DNA of 64,000 nt, from positions 166,389 to 230,388 of the forward strand of contig JAAOMT010000678.1 of assembly GCA_016748015.1 (NCBI GenBank), given 5' to 3'. Below the pieces are notes generated by a model, which saw only the letters and a list, made by a program, of their open reading frames with translations, made no database searches and was not told the DNA's origin. Positions 25,801-41,705 of this stretch are shown here, one piece after another (position 1 is the first letter of the stretch; each line of letters opens with the position of its first letter). The translations under genes were made by a program, and so were the position numbers. The DNA comes from Geosiphon pyriformis uo1 (taxonomy: Eukaryota; Fungi; Glomeromycota).

Positions 25801-28599
25801 ACATCTAAAAGCCCACCCAAGCCAATAAACATTATAACAACTCTGTGATTAATATCAAAAAAAGCAGATACAGAATCAACACTATGATCAGCAACTGCTA
25901 ACAATAAACTTTCACACACAAAAATGTAATCTAAAATCTTTTTAATACTTCTTAAATTGTTTCAAGTTGGGTATTTGGCCAAAAAATGTCCATTAAACGA
26001 ATTAACCAAACCTAGATCCAAACAAAACCTAAAACTTGTACTTTTCTCAGATCTATTTTTATTAAAATCTCTATTCAAGATCACAAAAGTGCTGGAGTTA
26101 ACAGCTTTCACAATAAGAGAATTGACCTCTAAGATCTGTTTAAACCAAATATTAGAAGAACTATCAGCATACAAACCAAGAATTGTAACCAAAAGCTTGT
26201 CTTTAAACAGAAGACACAGTAAAACAACTCAATCAAAAATCTCTTCCATCTTAGAAACATGATGAGCCAAGGAACTGTTTATGATAATAACAACATCAGT
26301 ACCAAGGAAACCAACATCCAATCTAGAAATTAAAACCCAAACTCTATCAAACTTATTTTTTATTTATAGCTTAATAGTAGACTTTAACTTTGTTTCAGTA
26401 ATAAAAAAGACCATATTATCCAAATTACAATGCCAATGAACTATGTCATCCTGTTTTACAGAAACATTAATACCACAAATATTACATGTAGCAAATTTCC
26501 AAACCAAATCACTTATTGAAATAAAAGAAAAGTTAACAAACGTAAACCAGAGCACAAATAATCTAATCTCTCCAACATTAAATTAATTGATATCTCTAAG
26601 ACCACTATTTTTGATTCCAAACCACCCATCTTATCATTTAGAATCTTGAAACTACTTGAGCTGAAATCATTAATCACATTAACAACAACTGAAACAGAGG
26701 GAGCTAATAATACTAACACATCATTTAAAGCCATATCTGAATTCAAATCAGAGGCCAAAAACACAGAAGCAACTAGAAGAGAAGCATAAAAGAAAGGTAC
26801 CAGAAGCATTAATTTAACAAAGCTCAATTTCTTCACAATAGCAGAAATTTGATCTGCCAAAAGCTTTAAAGAGCACTTTAAAGAAGCTAGACAATTAGCC
26901 AAACAAAGATTGTTAAAAGAATTGGAAACCATTAAAATGGGTTCCACATCTGAAGACAAACTAACACCAACAAAAGTCAATAAAACCACATAAAAAAAAG
27001 AGTTACCAGCAATTTGAGCCCAAGTTTTACCACCAAAAAAAACTGGGCAAATGATAGGTACTTGTTTCTTCTTATAAATATTGGTCAAGCATACTTAATC
27101 CTGAGAAATCACCACCCACTTATCACAACCACCAGAATTCTTACCCACTAAACAATTATCAAAAACATAACCAAACTGTTTACACTAAGCACAACAGACC
27201 AGAAAGAAACCAGCTTAATGCAAATTCACATTCTTGAACACTGAAGTAGAACCAATAGCAGCCAATTTGAATGCTTCACTTTTAAAACACATTACTACAC
27301 ACTTATCACAAATATATGAGCTGGAATTATGACCAATAAAACAAGTTTTTTTATCATATAATTCCAACAAATCTGAAAGATCATGAGCTGTGGTTCTAAT
27401 TAGAAGAGTATATAACAAAGTTCAATGATAATTCTTAAACACCCATAATTGTTTATCATTGGTAGCCAAAGCTGATCATTTAGAAACAACAGTACTGGCA
27501 ACTTTCAATGATTCAAATTTAACTAAAACTTTTTACCAAAGACCAATTAATTGTATCTTAATTGAAATTATCTTACCAAATTTGGAGAACACCAATTTTA
27601 CTGCCAATTTGGAAAAATCTACTGGGATTTTTTTGATGATCATATTTTAATCTGAGCAGTTGTTTGGTTTCCTAATTATATTATTAACCAAGATCTTTGC
27701 ATTAATAGCCAAACTTCTGACTTTAATTAAACTAAATTTCAAAGTAAAAAAGACTTTAATCAATCCAAAAAATTTTGAGAGAGTAGATGCCCTCCCAAAA
27801 CTATTCACACAATAAAAATTCTTTTTTAACACCATTAATTTATTAACAAAAGACTTGTTATACACAGTTGATAATTCTATATCTAATGCAAATAATTTTC
27901 TCAAGCCAAAATTCTTGACTTTTTTGCTTTGCAATACAACTAATAACAACTTTTTTAAACCAATAAACTTAAACACTAGTAGTACTATTTTGGCATTATT
28001 GTTACTTAAATCTTTAAAAGAAATCACTTTTGGCAGTTTTCCCAAGACAAATGTTTTTGTTTATATTTTTTTCAGAGTTGTGTTATCCACTATATTATCA
28101 GTCTTAGAAGCATTAGAATCTATGTAATTTATCTCTTCGGCTATTAAGTTGTTCATATTTTTAATATTAGATACTTTACTAATACTAGCATCTTTATTTT
28201 TCACTTTGCTATCCCAAGACATCTTGCATTTATTACAGTCAGCTTGTAAAATGTCAACAGATAGAGATTCAGCCAACAAGTTTATTACATTATCAGCAAC
28301 ATTAAGCTTTTTTAATTTTTTGTATAAAAGACTACAAAAGTAAATACTCTTAATATATGCTTTCTTTTTAATGCCAAACCAAATCTCCAACCCAGCCAAA
28401 ACAGAACTAAAACCACCAGCAAAAGAGCCCACTGGATTCATGGCAATAAAAAGGAATATGTTAAAGGAAATGACTACAAAAACTAGAAAAAAAAGAAAAA
28501 AAAAAGTGTATTTTTTTAACAACTTTTAGATCTTTTTTACTTTTTGCTTTAATTGTGGTCATAAAATTAAAGAGATAAAGAGTTTTTTTTTTTTATTTC

Positions 28600-29638
28600 T
28601 TTTTTTTCTATTGACTATACTTAAAATATTAAAGTTAAATTTGAATAGCTCTAAAATTTTAACTATTAAGATAAGTAGCTTGGAATTAAAAATAATTATT
28701 CTTAAAGTTTTTATTAATTTAGTTTTAACAAAATTAGATCAATTGAATTTTGAATTGGGTTTTCTAATATATTTTCTATTTTAATAACTAAATATATTTG
28801 GAAGTTTGTAATATGCAATATTAAAAAAATGAACAATTTGGCTAAATAAAAAAATATTAATAGGTAACACAAAAATTCTGGAAATTTGGTTTTAATATTT
28901 ATTAAGACAAAGTTAAAAAAACAAACTAAGTCTTAAATCAAAACAAGTTTTCAGATTTAAATGTTTTTATTTTTGGTATAAATGCTAATTATTTAGATTC
29001 AAAAGTGGCAATAGTAATTTACAATTTTTTTGCTTAATATGTATACAAAGTTTTTAAAATAATTAGTTATTTTTTTTGATTTGATTACTATTTAAAAATA
29101 GAGTTTCAGTAACAGTTTTAAATTTATATACTGGTGTTTTAACTAGTATATATTTTAATTAAACTGGCAAATTAAATTTATATATTGTCAATACAATTAA
29201 TTTAAGCTCTTATGTGGTATTAGATAGTAAATTAAATAAAAATAGAATAAAACAAATTGTTAGTTTCAAAAAGTGTTTTGATTTAAGTTTGCACAATTTT
29301 TTTTTAAGTAATTCTGTTTTTAAACTTCCAATTTGAAGCAATTTAAAAAGTGTAAAAAAAACTATTAATTATATTCTTGTTAATAAGTATTTTTTAACAA
29401 CTATAATAAGTTAAAAAATTGATAATATATTAGATTTTTTTAATACTGATCATATAGCTGTTATGGTTTTTTTTGGTTTAAGTAAATTTTTAAATAAATG
29501 TTTAAATACAATTCAGAAACAAATTAACAAAAATTGTTAAAAATTTAAGATTAAAGATTCAGATAATTTTAAATGAGTCTGTTTTGAAAAATATATTTCT
29601 GTTAAAATAGCAATAACAATAACTAGATTTGTAAACAT
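28600..29638 (+). mobile_element. LINE-B continuation (ORF1 end and ORF2 endonuclease, highly decayed)
   Basis: NSSKILTIKISSLELK (cf. SSSKVLTAKVGGLETK), IWKFVICN, KTINY and FNTDHIAV. Confidence 0.75.
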
Positions 29639-32600
29639 TATTATTTATAAAAATAGAAATCATAATAGGTAAAAAAAATAGCCAATAAGAAAAAAGTGTA
29701 GTAAAAAGAAGAATTTTAGAATTTTTTTAAGAAATTACAGAATTTTAGAATTCCAGAATTTTTTCAAAGAAATTGAAAAATTTTAAAAAATCTTATATAA
29801 CACAAATTATATATATATAATGAGAGTATTAAAAGCAAAAAAAAACAAAACAGTTAAACAACAATAATTAAAGACAAGTAGTTATTTAATACTTTTTTCT
29901 TTAAAAAATAGTTTTTTATAACTTAAAATAAAATTATATTTATATTAAATAAAAATATTTATTACTATCCAACTCATATTGGTTTCACTTGATTAAGAAA
30001 CATTAATAACTTCTATACTATCAACAATCTATGTTAATAAAATTTGATACTTAATCATATTAAACCAATAGCTTTTGATTATAGTTATTAATAATATACT
30101 AATTTTTTATTTCTTTTCTTATTTTTTCTATTTTTTTTTATTGTGTTTTTTTGTTGTTTACTAATTAATTAAAAGAATTAAGTATTGAGTATTAACATTA
30201 AGGATAGTCTGGTAAAAAATCTATGAAACAAAAATAGAAACTTAAGAATAGCTTATTAAAAAAATATAACTGCTAAAATAAACTAGCCATTATATTAAAA
30301 AAAAAATTTCAGAAAAAAATCATCAACTAAATCTCTGTCTATTATACAAAAAACTTAACTAAAACCTTTAGAAATTATTATTATTAAAAGTTATTAAGTA
30401 CCAAGTTACAGGTTTTTTATTTGTTCTAATATCCTAAATAATCATTTATAATATTTGGTGCTTTCTGTAAAGTATAATTTAATAAAGAAACAACACCAAT
30501 ATCAACTATCTGAAAAAGTGGCAGACCAAGAAATTATAGAAAAAAATCATCTAAGATTTATAAAATTCTTATTTTAATATTACTAAACTTATTTTAAATT
30601 AATAAATAATTATTAGTCAGTAGAATCAGTCTTTAATTTTTATGTAAATAATAAAATTATATACTACTTGGAACCAAAAAAATCTAGAAATTACTGTTAA
30701 AAATTTTTACAATAAGTTACTATAATATACTAGTTTTTCACAAAATTATAGTTTTATTTTAATAATCACAAAAATAAATTGCAAAATCAAAAATTATACC
30801 AAACAGAAATTTTTTATTACTTTTGTTAACAAAAGAAAAGAAAAACTACAAATTCCAGCAGAAATCCCAAAAAAAATACAATTGTCTACTTGAAAAAAAC
30901 CAAAAGTTATTTTATTTATTAATATATCATATTATTACATATTCAAAAACACTATCCAAATAACATTAACAGTTATATTTATGTCAAAAACACTAATATT
31001 ACAAATACTATTATAAAATAACCAGAAAAAAACCAAATTATTAAAAATTTACAACAATTTTTTTGAAAGATTTAAATCATAACTAACAATTTTATTAGAA
31101 TTTTAATTACTATTATCTTAACCAAATTTCGGATTTATTAGTTATAAGCAGATACCAATTTAGAAAAAAAAACAGTAATCAAGAAAATAATAATTAAAAT
31201 CCAATTTCAAATAATCTGGAAATCCAAACTCTAATTGTTCAAACTTAGCCAAATTCAAATAATTCAAACTCAGCTTCTATTCTTCCATAAAATTTATCTT
31301 TAGTTATCCTAATTAATTAACTGCCACTAGTACTAATTGCCATTCAGTAATAATTACAACAATACATACTTGTATCAATAGTTAATATACTAATTGCCAA
31401 ATTAAAAAAATTTATTAATGAAGAAAACAACATCCAAACATGGCTAAATAATATGACAAAAACCATTATAGCTAATAGATAGAACAATATTAAAGCCTTT
31501 TAAAAAAATTTCTATTTTTTATAAAACACAGCTAATTCATAATACCAAAATCTTGTAAACAAATTTCAAGATTTTGACACATTTAAAACCATATTGCTAC
31601 AGTATTTTAATAATAATAATAGCATTAATTGTCTGTTAATTAGCTTTATTACAATTAAGCAAAATAATACTAAAGCAGTTACTACTTATTTGAGATGTTT
31701 TTATTGAAATCTGCATTAAATTTAAGCAATCAATACTGACTACTTTATAGCATTACAGATCTTAAATCAATTTATTTATGGATTATATAGTAATTTATTA
31801 TAATAAGTACACTTAATACATTCAAATACTTTTTAAGATACAATTATATATATCAAAAATTTTAAATTGGCTAAACTCAAAATCAATCACACCCAAACTG
31901 TATATTTAGTAATAAACAAATTATCTAAATTAAATACCAAATTAAAACAATTTGATAAAGCAATTAATCAGAAAATTAAGAAATATTTAGTTAATAATCA
32001 AATAATTTATTAGTCTTATCAATGCCACAACCATTAAAAAACCTCTAATTGATTACAAAATCAGTCATATTTATTATTGTTATTATTAAATTAATTATAG
32101 TAACAAAAGATGTGTATTTGTTACTATTGTAGTAAATAAGGCTATCTAAAAGCAGATTGTTATTTCAGATCTAATAATCTATAATTGAAAAATCAATATA
32201 GAAATTCTAATCACAAATTTCAAATTCTAAACTATTCTAACAATTTGCTATTTCGACAATATTAATATCAGCTATTACTTTTAAATAATACAAAAGCCAA
32301 TATATGTATCTTTAATCTATCAAACTCCAGCATCAGTAATATATTAATTACAATTACAAGTAATTTATTAATTTTAACCAATATTGCCACAAAATTTAGC
32401 CCAAATGTCAACTAAAAATTAAAAACCAAGATTTATTTACATACAACAAAACTGAAAATTAGCAATAATTATATACTAATTAATCTTTAGCTTTTTAAAC
32501 CAATTATCAAAATTATGTCCAAGAAATTTAAAAAATGAATACACCCAAAATCCAAATTTTTAAAGCTATTTAAGTATTCTAATTACAACAACAGACAACT

Positions 32601-35600
32601 TATCTAATAATCTAAAAACTAATTACAATCTATTAACCAACAATATTCTATTAACAATCATCACAGAAGACAAATTACTAACTGTTATCTTTTTATTTGA
32701 ATTGAAAAACCAATCAAAAACCTTATTATTAAATAGAACTACTCTTAATACCAAACTAATTATTGCAATATATATTGATACCAAAATCAATAGCCAATCT
32801 ATCAAACTCATCTTTAATAGTAATTTAGCAGACAGTATTATTACATAACAATTTATGAATTAATTAGGTCACTGAATTAATTGCACTGCCAATGCTAAAA
32901 TTATTATAGCCAATAAAGCAACCAAGACTTACATTGACAAAATCAATAACTTTTTTTTTAAAGTTAATAGCATCATAGCATTTATCAAGATTTTTGTTAT
33001 AGAAGTTACAAAATACTAAACTCTTATTAATAATAATTGATTATTTAGAACCAATACAGTATTCAACTAAAATACTTAAAAGCTCTAGTTAATATTTGAT
33101 AGTTAGCATATTTGAATACCTGTTATTTGTAATTATTTTAAAGCTTTTCCAAAAAAACAGTTAAATAGTGTGTTTTTTAAGCTTTGTATTATTTTTTAAT
33201 ATTGAAATCAGTGAAATTAAAAATTTTTTTTTTTTATAATCCAGTTTTTTGCAAATAACTAAAAGAACTACTACTTTTCTTTTTCACTATTACTTTTTTG
33301 TTAAGAAAAAACAACAGTAAAAACATTTAACATACTAATAAAAACATAAACAAAGCCTAAGTTTAACAAGATTAAAAACATATTAAAAAGATATTAAATA
33401 CATAAAATTATTTAGAAAATGCTTATAATATTTTGGCCAAAATTAACAGTTAACTTAAAAATCTGGAACAAGTTTTCTATATCTTTGGAAAAATAATCTC
33501 TGATCAAAATTATTTTATGAATACTAATTTTTGAGTTTTATTTTTTATTTTAATTTTTTTTGAATTTATTAAAAATAAAGTACTGCTTTACTACAAGTAA
33601 AGAAATATAAATATTTAATATTAGCATAAAATAAAAAAGTATCTTTACAAAAGTCTCAAAGAAAGACATAATTAAAACTATAAAAATATAATAAAAATTC
33701 TCTTTGGAAGACTAGTATAGTAGTAGTTACTAACAGCAATTTTGATAAAAATATTATGTCACATATTAAATCTAATAACAAAAATATTTATTAAAAAAAA
33801 TTATTTAATATTTGCTAGGAAGTTAAAAAAACTTACTAAGCTAACTTTCGGATCTTTAAATAAAAAAATAGTAATAATATATTAAATAAAAATCCAGCAT
33901 AAATCAAAAGTAATAGTTATCAAGACTAATATACTTATTTTTATATCAAAATTAAATAATTTATTATATCATTATTTGATCTAAAAAGCTGTAAAAATAA
34001 TTATAATATGACCACTAAAGAAAAAGAAAAACATCTGTAATATTTGGTGCTCATTTTAAAATTCAATTTTAATTTATTCAAGCTACTTAAATCCTAGCAA
34101 TAATTAATTGTGTAAATTAGTAGATTAAAGTAATAAAATTAATAACAACCACTAATTTTTTTAGCTAAAACTTATATTATCAATTTTAAGAAAGATTGAA
34201 ATTACTTGATAATTGTTTTTTAGCTGAATTAATTTTTAATTACTACATGCATTATTAAATTTAATACCTATTTGAACAAAATTCAGAACTCTAAAAACAA
34301 AAATAAAGCCTATATTAAGAATTAATCTAACATATCATGCTACTTAATTCACAATTATTCTCAATAATTCTAGTATAAATACATCAAAAAATCGAAAAAT
34401 ACATCAGGCAAAATTTTTTATTTATCTTTAATAAAAACAGAGAAAACAACAGTAATCAAGATAATTAACTAAAAATTTTAATACAAACACTCCATCAAAA
34501 AATTGTAAATTAACAGCAAATCTAAATTTTATTATATAAAAAATCTTGGATTATATTACCAAAAACTCTATCCCATTATCTGTTACTGAATAATTAAATT
34601 AATATACTACTAGAAACCATGTTCTTATTTACCACAAAAACAACTACTTAAATATTTAACTATGTCTATATCTTATTTGGAAAAAATCTTTTGAAAAACC
34701 TATTCTAGAAAAATACTTGTTGCAATTTTTAAATCTATTCTCTCTATAACCAAACTTTCAGACTACTTAAGAGCTTGAGTCTGAACTTAAACTGAAATTC
34801 GAATTTAAACATAACCAATAAAACAGAATACCAAAAAAAAAAAGAATTCTCAAGTGAATTAAAACCAAAATTAATAGCTTTCTTTGTTTTAATATTTGTA
34901 AATTATTAAAAAATAATTATCTTTTATATTGTAAAATTAACTAACTTTGCTGAAAAAAAAAGATGCTTATACTTGGATTGAAAAAGCACAAAAAACAATT
35001 CTAGCAAATAATTAGAATAAGGCTCATAATTTTCAGATCTTACTATTCTTTTTAAAAAACACTGCTAACTCTTAATATTAGAATTTAAAATCTTAAATCC
35101 AACACTTTTACATAATTTCAAAATGCATTCCTAAAATATTTCTATAATTTCAACATTATTATCAAACTTCAAAATAAATTCAGTACTATTAAACAACAAT
35201 TTAATGAAACAATAATTAAATATTTCAGTAAATTTAATTATGTCTTATAACAAATTAAAATCATAAAAGACAATTATTACACAGCTTTTCAGATCCTCAA
35301 TTAGTTTATAAAAAAATTAAGAAATAGTATTTTAAAACAAATATGACCACAATACCTGAAAGATTGATCTCAAGCTATTATATTGGTTCAAGATATTGAG
35401 TCAGTTAAAAAAAAAGCTAATCACAATAAAATGGTAAACTTGATAATAAATAATAATAATACTAAAAAACTAGAAAACAAGATTACTTAACTTAAAAAAA
35501 AATTATCTTAGAAAATAAAAGTTATCTTGCTAATACTAGACTCTAAGTATTAAACTAATATCAATCACCACAACAATAAAACCAAACATCTTTTTACAGC

Positions 35601-38600
35601 TATTAAAACCCAAATAAAAACCAACAAAATATACTAATATATTATTATTATCAAAAACACAAACATATTAAAACCAAATATTGGTTATTGCAGTTTTATT
35701 AAAATTTATAAAGAAACAATTTGTAAATTTATCTTTTGGTTATCAATACATAATACTTTAGAATCAATATTTAGTACTAATTTAACAATATTTGTAGCAA
35801 TAATCATTATAGCAATAAGATCTAATTCAGTTATAATGCTTAGTTTTATTACAACAACTATAATAAGCACTAACTTCTAGACCACATCTCTAAAACTTGA
35901 ATTGAAAAAAAAATATTTTCAAATTCAAATTCTTTAGATTAGTCAGCAGCAAATACAATAATACTACAAAACCCAAGTTCAAATAATAATAGACAATACA
36001 AGCATCTATATATTATTAACAAGTATTTTTTAATTTACTTAAACTATAAAATTGGTGTCTTATAAAAATCAAAACATCAGTACTATTAAAAGCTCTATTA
36101 TTAATATTAATAAAAATACCAGCTTAATTCTTTTTACAATTATTACTAATAATAAAATATTAACTGTTATATTTTTTTTGAACTTAAAAAAATAGAATTC
36201 ACTTTTATCATGTTTAACAAAGCCATTTTAAATAAAAATAAACTAATTACTATCATGTACACTAAAATAAAAGCAGATAGTAAACTCATTAAACTGGTCT
36301 TAAAAAATAGATCAACAGAAAACATTATTACCTTTTAATTAATAAACTAATTAGATCATTAAATTGCCAAAAACACCAGTATTTTTATTATTACTATTGA
36401 TAAAACCAAAAAAATGCCAATTAAGAAAATTGATTTTTTTTTTTTTAATAAAATAAAATAATTATTCTTACTAAAATATTAGTTATAAATATCTTAATAC
36501 CAAATATTAGTTAGAAATAATTGGTTAAAAAAAACAAATGTCACTTTGGATTAATTAACTCAAGAATTATAACTAATATATTAAGAACAATACACATGAG
36601 TACTTGCCATGTACAGATATTTTAAAAGAGATTTTTACACAAACAATTCATTTTAGTTTAAATTTAAAGAAACATTGAAAATGAAAATCATTAAAACATA
36701 TAAAATTAAGTAAAATAAAGACAATTATAAAAAACTACTACTTATTCTTAAGTGAATTAATAAAACCTTTAACTTTATATTATCACACCTTTCTTGTTTT
36801 CAATGTTACTGAAATTATCAATCAAGATTACAATGTTCAGTTTGTTAAAAGAAACTATCTTCTATGTAAACTTGTATTACTTTACATAAAGATAACTAAC
36901 AAGCCACTTATTAATATTATAATTAATATTACAAAAAAATATATAGATATCTAAAATAATTGAAAAAATAAAACAAAACTTCTTATATTACATGTAAAAA
37001 AATTTTACTTAATAAATACAATTAGATTAATATGCAATTCAAAGAAGCCACATGTGATTTTAGTTGTTAATACATCATTCTCATTACTAACTAAATAAGA
37101 AAAAAAACTTTCTTTGACATTATTTATAATAGAGTCCTAAATCACATATATTATTATTCATATAATACTAAAAACTATATAATATGACTAAAGCAAGCAT
37201 ATATATTTTTTACCATCATTTTTCTATTGAGAAAAAACAACAGTAGAAATATCTAACACATTAACAAAAACATAAATAAGATTCAAGCTTAACAAGATTA
37301 AAAATATATTAAAAAGATATTAAATACATGAAATTACTTAAAAAATACTTGTATTATCTTGGCCAAAATTAACAATTGATTTAAAAATTCAGAATAAGTT
37401 CTTTATATTTTTGGAAAAATAATCTTTAATTAAGATTATTTTACAAATACTAATTTTTGAATTTTACTTTTTATTTTAATTTTTTTTGAATTTATTAAAA
37501 ATAAAATACTGCTTTATTACAAGTAAAAAAATACAAATATTTAATATTAGTGCAAAATAAAAAAAGTATTTTTATGAGAGCTTTAAGAAAAGACACAATT
37601 AAAAGTATAAAAATATAACAGAAATTCTTCTTGAAAAACTAGTATAGTAGTAGTTACCAATATTGATTTTAATGAAAACATTATGCCATACACCAAATTC
37701 AATAATAAAGACACTTATTAGAAAAAATTACCAATACTTGTTAAGAAGTTAAGAAAACTTATTAAGCTAACTTTCAAATTTTTAAATAAGAGAATAATAG
37801 TAATATATTAAACAAAAGTCTAGCATAAATTAAAAGCAATATTAAACAAGACTAATATACTTATTTTTAGATCAAAATTAGATAATTTATTATATTATTA
37901 TTTAATCTAAAAAGCCATAAAAATTAATTATAATATAATCACTAAAGAAAGTGAAAAACACTTATAATAGCATATTACTGAAAACACTTTAGATATTTAA
38001 AATAACAGAAAAGTAAAACAAAAAATTATGTTTTGTTTGTGAAAAAATACTACTTAATAAAAAAATATAAAATAACATTTTTGGTTATAAAAAAATATGT
38101 AATATCTTATGTTAATATATAATTTTCATAAATAACTAGATAAGCAAAAAAATATTATTTAATACTATATAAAACAAAACTTTTTTACATTTAAACAGTT
38201 ATCTATACAATAAAAACAAGATTTGGAAAATAGTCAGTACAAAATTGAAAACACTTTATTCAGTAAAATATTAACAATTAAAAATAATCTACAAAAATCT
38301 GTTAACACCATTTTTATTTCAAACTCAGACATATTTATTAATATTATAAGTGATTCAAAACTATTTTATAAACACTACTAAGATCTAGAACCTACTAAAA
38401 AGAGCAAAAACAGTATTTAAAAAAATTAAATACTAAACTTTGTTTACAATAACAACAACAACAATAACAATTTAAATTCTAATTCTAACTCCAAAAAATA
38501 TATCATGTTTCTAAATCTTTCAAAAAAACAAGAACTTAAATAGTTTAGCAATAATAATAAAAGTATTATATCAAAATACATACATAATACTAATGTAAAA

Positions 38601-41480
38601 TTTGATTTTAAATATTTTGGAAAAACTGTTATCAGATTAAAACCTTATTCACACACCAGCAGAGATTTGAAAATAACATTAAAAATTCTAACAATGACAA
38701 TAGTACAATTAGCATCTAGATTTAGTTTAGCAAAAAAAAATTAATATTAAAAGAGGAATAATTAATGCAGAATATATAAAAAATATCATTGCAATACTAC
38801 AAAATAAATCAGAAAAAACATATATCATTGAACTAAATAAAAAAATAATATAAACAATATTTTTATTTTTAATAAAAATAGCTTAATTAATATAGGTAAA
38901 AACAAAAAAAAAGTTAAAGATAATAGCAAAAAAGACAAAAAAATTTGAATCCATAAATAAAATAAAGATAAGTCAATATAATAGAAAAAAAAATTATTTT
39001 TATTTATTAATCAATTTTTATTTTATCATATAATTAGTATATATTAGCTATAAAAAGAAAAATAAAGATCAACTCCAGATTTTTGAAGTTACACCTATTA
39101 TTTATAAATCAAAAAAAATTGTTATTACTAATCTTTATATATCAGTCAAAAACCACAAACATATTAAGATTTTAATATATAATATAATTAAAGACTTAAT
39201 AAAAATACTAAGTAAAATTATCATCAGATACTTAAGCACTAAAGTTGAAAATCAAGCACCCACTACTATTTCAGATATTTTATAACTTTGTAAATATGTG
39301 AATCTTATATTATAAACAATTTATGAACAAAAAAAATGTTATTTGCTACAATCAAAATAATTAAAGCAAATATACTTAAGAAATTTAGATCCACTTTAAT
39401 GTATATAACTTAAGCTGCTACTTAACAATTTTATTAATATCTTTGTGAGTAAAAATGAATTTGGCAAAACTGATATTATTTAGCACCAGATTAAAACTGG
39501 AGATATAATATTAATTAAACAAAAAACATACTGAGTATTATCTGCTAACCATAAAATCATTTATTAAAAATTAACTATATATTAAACAATAGATTAATTT
39601 AACTATTAATAAATTCATAATTATTACTAATAGTACTTATTGGAAAAAAATAGAAAAATCCACTTTTGTGTAAATTATAGAAAACTAAACAGTATTATTC
39701 ATAGAAATAGCTATTTAACTTCATAAATTCAAGAATTATTCAATGCTTTTAGAGAAAAAAAATGGTTTTCAACATTAGATTTAAATAGTGGTTACTGACA
39801 AGTAACTATAAATTCAGCCAACAAAAAGAAGACAGTATTTACTACAAAAGAAAGAAACTTTAAATTTAATGTTATGTTTTTTGATTTAACTAATGTTTTA
39901 GCTATCTTTTAATAACTAATGAGAATTATTTATATTAAATTACTATAAAAATCAGTAATAGTTTATTTAAATAATACTAACATATTCTTTAAGACATTTG
40001 ATGACTATTTCTATTATTTTTAACAAGTATTTAAAAGATTAAAAAAAGCCAAATTAAAATTGAATGCTACCAAATACTTTTTTAAAAAAACAGAATTCAA
40101 GTTTTTAAAACACATTATAAGCAAAGATTATATTAAAACAGATTTAAACAAATCAAAATACTTTTTTAAATTGGCTCAACTATTTTACTAGTTCTAAGCA
40201 AAAAACATTAAATATAAATAAACTGAAAATTAACAAAAAACTTTTGACATATTAAGAAGAAAACTTATTTAAATCCTAGTATTAATTTATTTAAATCACA
40301 GCAAATTATTTATTATTATTACCAATATATTCAATTAATTATTAGAGGCAATATTATTACAAAAAAAGCCAATAGACAAGAATATCTAGTAGCATATGCC
40401 AATCCAAATTTGAATTTAGCTGAAAAAAACTAAAAAACTTTAATATTAAAACACTTAATTATCTATTAGACTATTATCAAATAAAAAGAATACTTAAATC
40501 AAAAATTTGATGTGTATATTAATCATAAAGAATTAATATTAATTTAAAAACAAAAATTTAGAAATAATTACTATACAAGATAGAAAATAAAATTAGCACT
40601 ATTTAATTATATAGTATATTATAAAAAAGAAAAAAAAATGAAAATATTAATGACTTGTTATAAATAAGACAAATCTAAAAACATTTCAACTCAAAAATAC
40701 TAACAACTTTAATATTTTATTAATACTCAATAATTTAAAAAAATATTATCTCAAAAAAAACAAAACAACATAAAACAACAATCAAAATATTTTATTATAT
40801 ATTAAAATATAATATATTAGAAAAACAAAAAAAATCTAAACCAATTATTCAAAGTAATTACAGAATTAAAGAAAGAAACAATACTGTTTAACATGCATTT
40901 ATATCCAATAACAAGACATTTTTATAAAGAAACAATCATAGAAAAAACCAAAAAAAGATATTATTGGCCATCAATATATTCAAATATTATTCAATATGTT
41001 TAAAATTGTAATATTTATTAAAAAAGAAAAAAAACAAAATCCAGTAAACCATTAAGACCAATCAAAATGAAACAATCATTTGATCAAATTAGAATTGACT
41101 TAGTCAGATCATTAACTATAATTAGCAAAGGCAATTAATATATAGTAGTAGTCATAAATTATTTTACAAAATAGCTAGAAGCTAAAGCAATTTCAAGAGC
41201 AGACACAAAATTTATAGCTAAATTAATATACCAAAATTTGATTTGTTAACATAAATGTTTAAAAAAATTGTTATTAGACCAAAGAACTTATTTTGTAAAC
41301 AGAACATTAACAAAATTAAGGCAAAAATTTGGAGTTAAGTGATCATTATTATTACTATATTATTCATAAACAAATAACTTAATTGAAAGATTTAACAAAA
41401 TATTATGTAAAATAATAACTAAGATCAACTAAAAAAACCAAAACAAATAGAATTTGTTTATACTATCAGTATTTATATAA
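29639..41480 (+). mobile_element. Gypsy-3: highly decayed, 3'-truncated relative of Gypsy-1, containing Gypsy-4
   Basis: 5' LTR 29639-30453, PBS, gag/protease to ~33150, resuming at 37970 with Cys-rich, dUTPase, RT, RNase H and integrase remnants colinear with Gypsy-1. No 3' LTR seen. Confidence 0.85.
33280..37969 (+). mobile_element. Gypsy-4: internally deleted element (gag-protease only) nested in Gypsy-3
   Basis: ~760-bp direct repeats at ~33280-34042 and ~37207-37969, PBS TGGTGCTC at 34045, decayed gag and protease between them. Left boundary approximate. Confidence 0.75.
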
Positions 41481-41705
41481 TTATTAATTTTTGTAAAATA
41501 TATTAAATAAATATTTATTAAAAAATACAATTAATATTTAATATCAAATTTTAGAAATATTAACATAAAATATAAAATTATATTAATATATTATTTTTTG
41601 TTAACAATATAGACTATTTCTTTATTTTTAGATTTTTTTGTTATTTTTTAAAAAAATAGCAACTAACATATTTATAAAACTGATTTTACATATTAAATTT
41701 TTATT

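Larger units (their letters stand above)
11487..28590 (-). mobile_element. LINE-A, full-length degenerate non-LTR retrotransposon, interrupted by Gypsy-1
   Basis: ORF1 fragments 28441-26513; endonuclease (WKFATCN, TETKLK), RT (MIPK, HKAYNLVGW, FVDDT), RNase H, ORF2 stop at 11654 and a (TAAA)n tail at ~11487-11510. 5' end approximate. Confidence 0.88.
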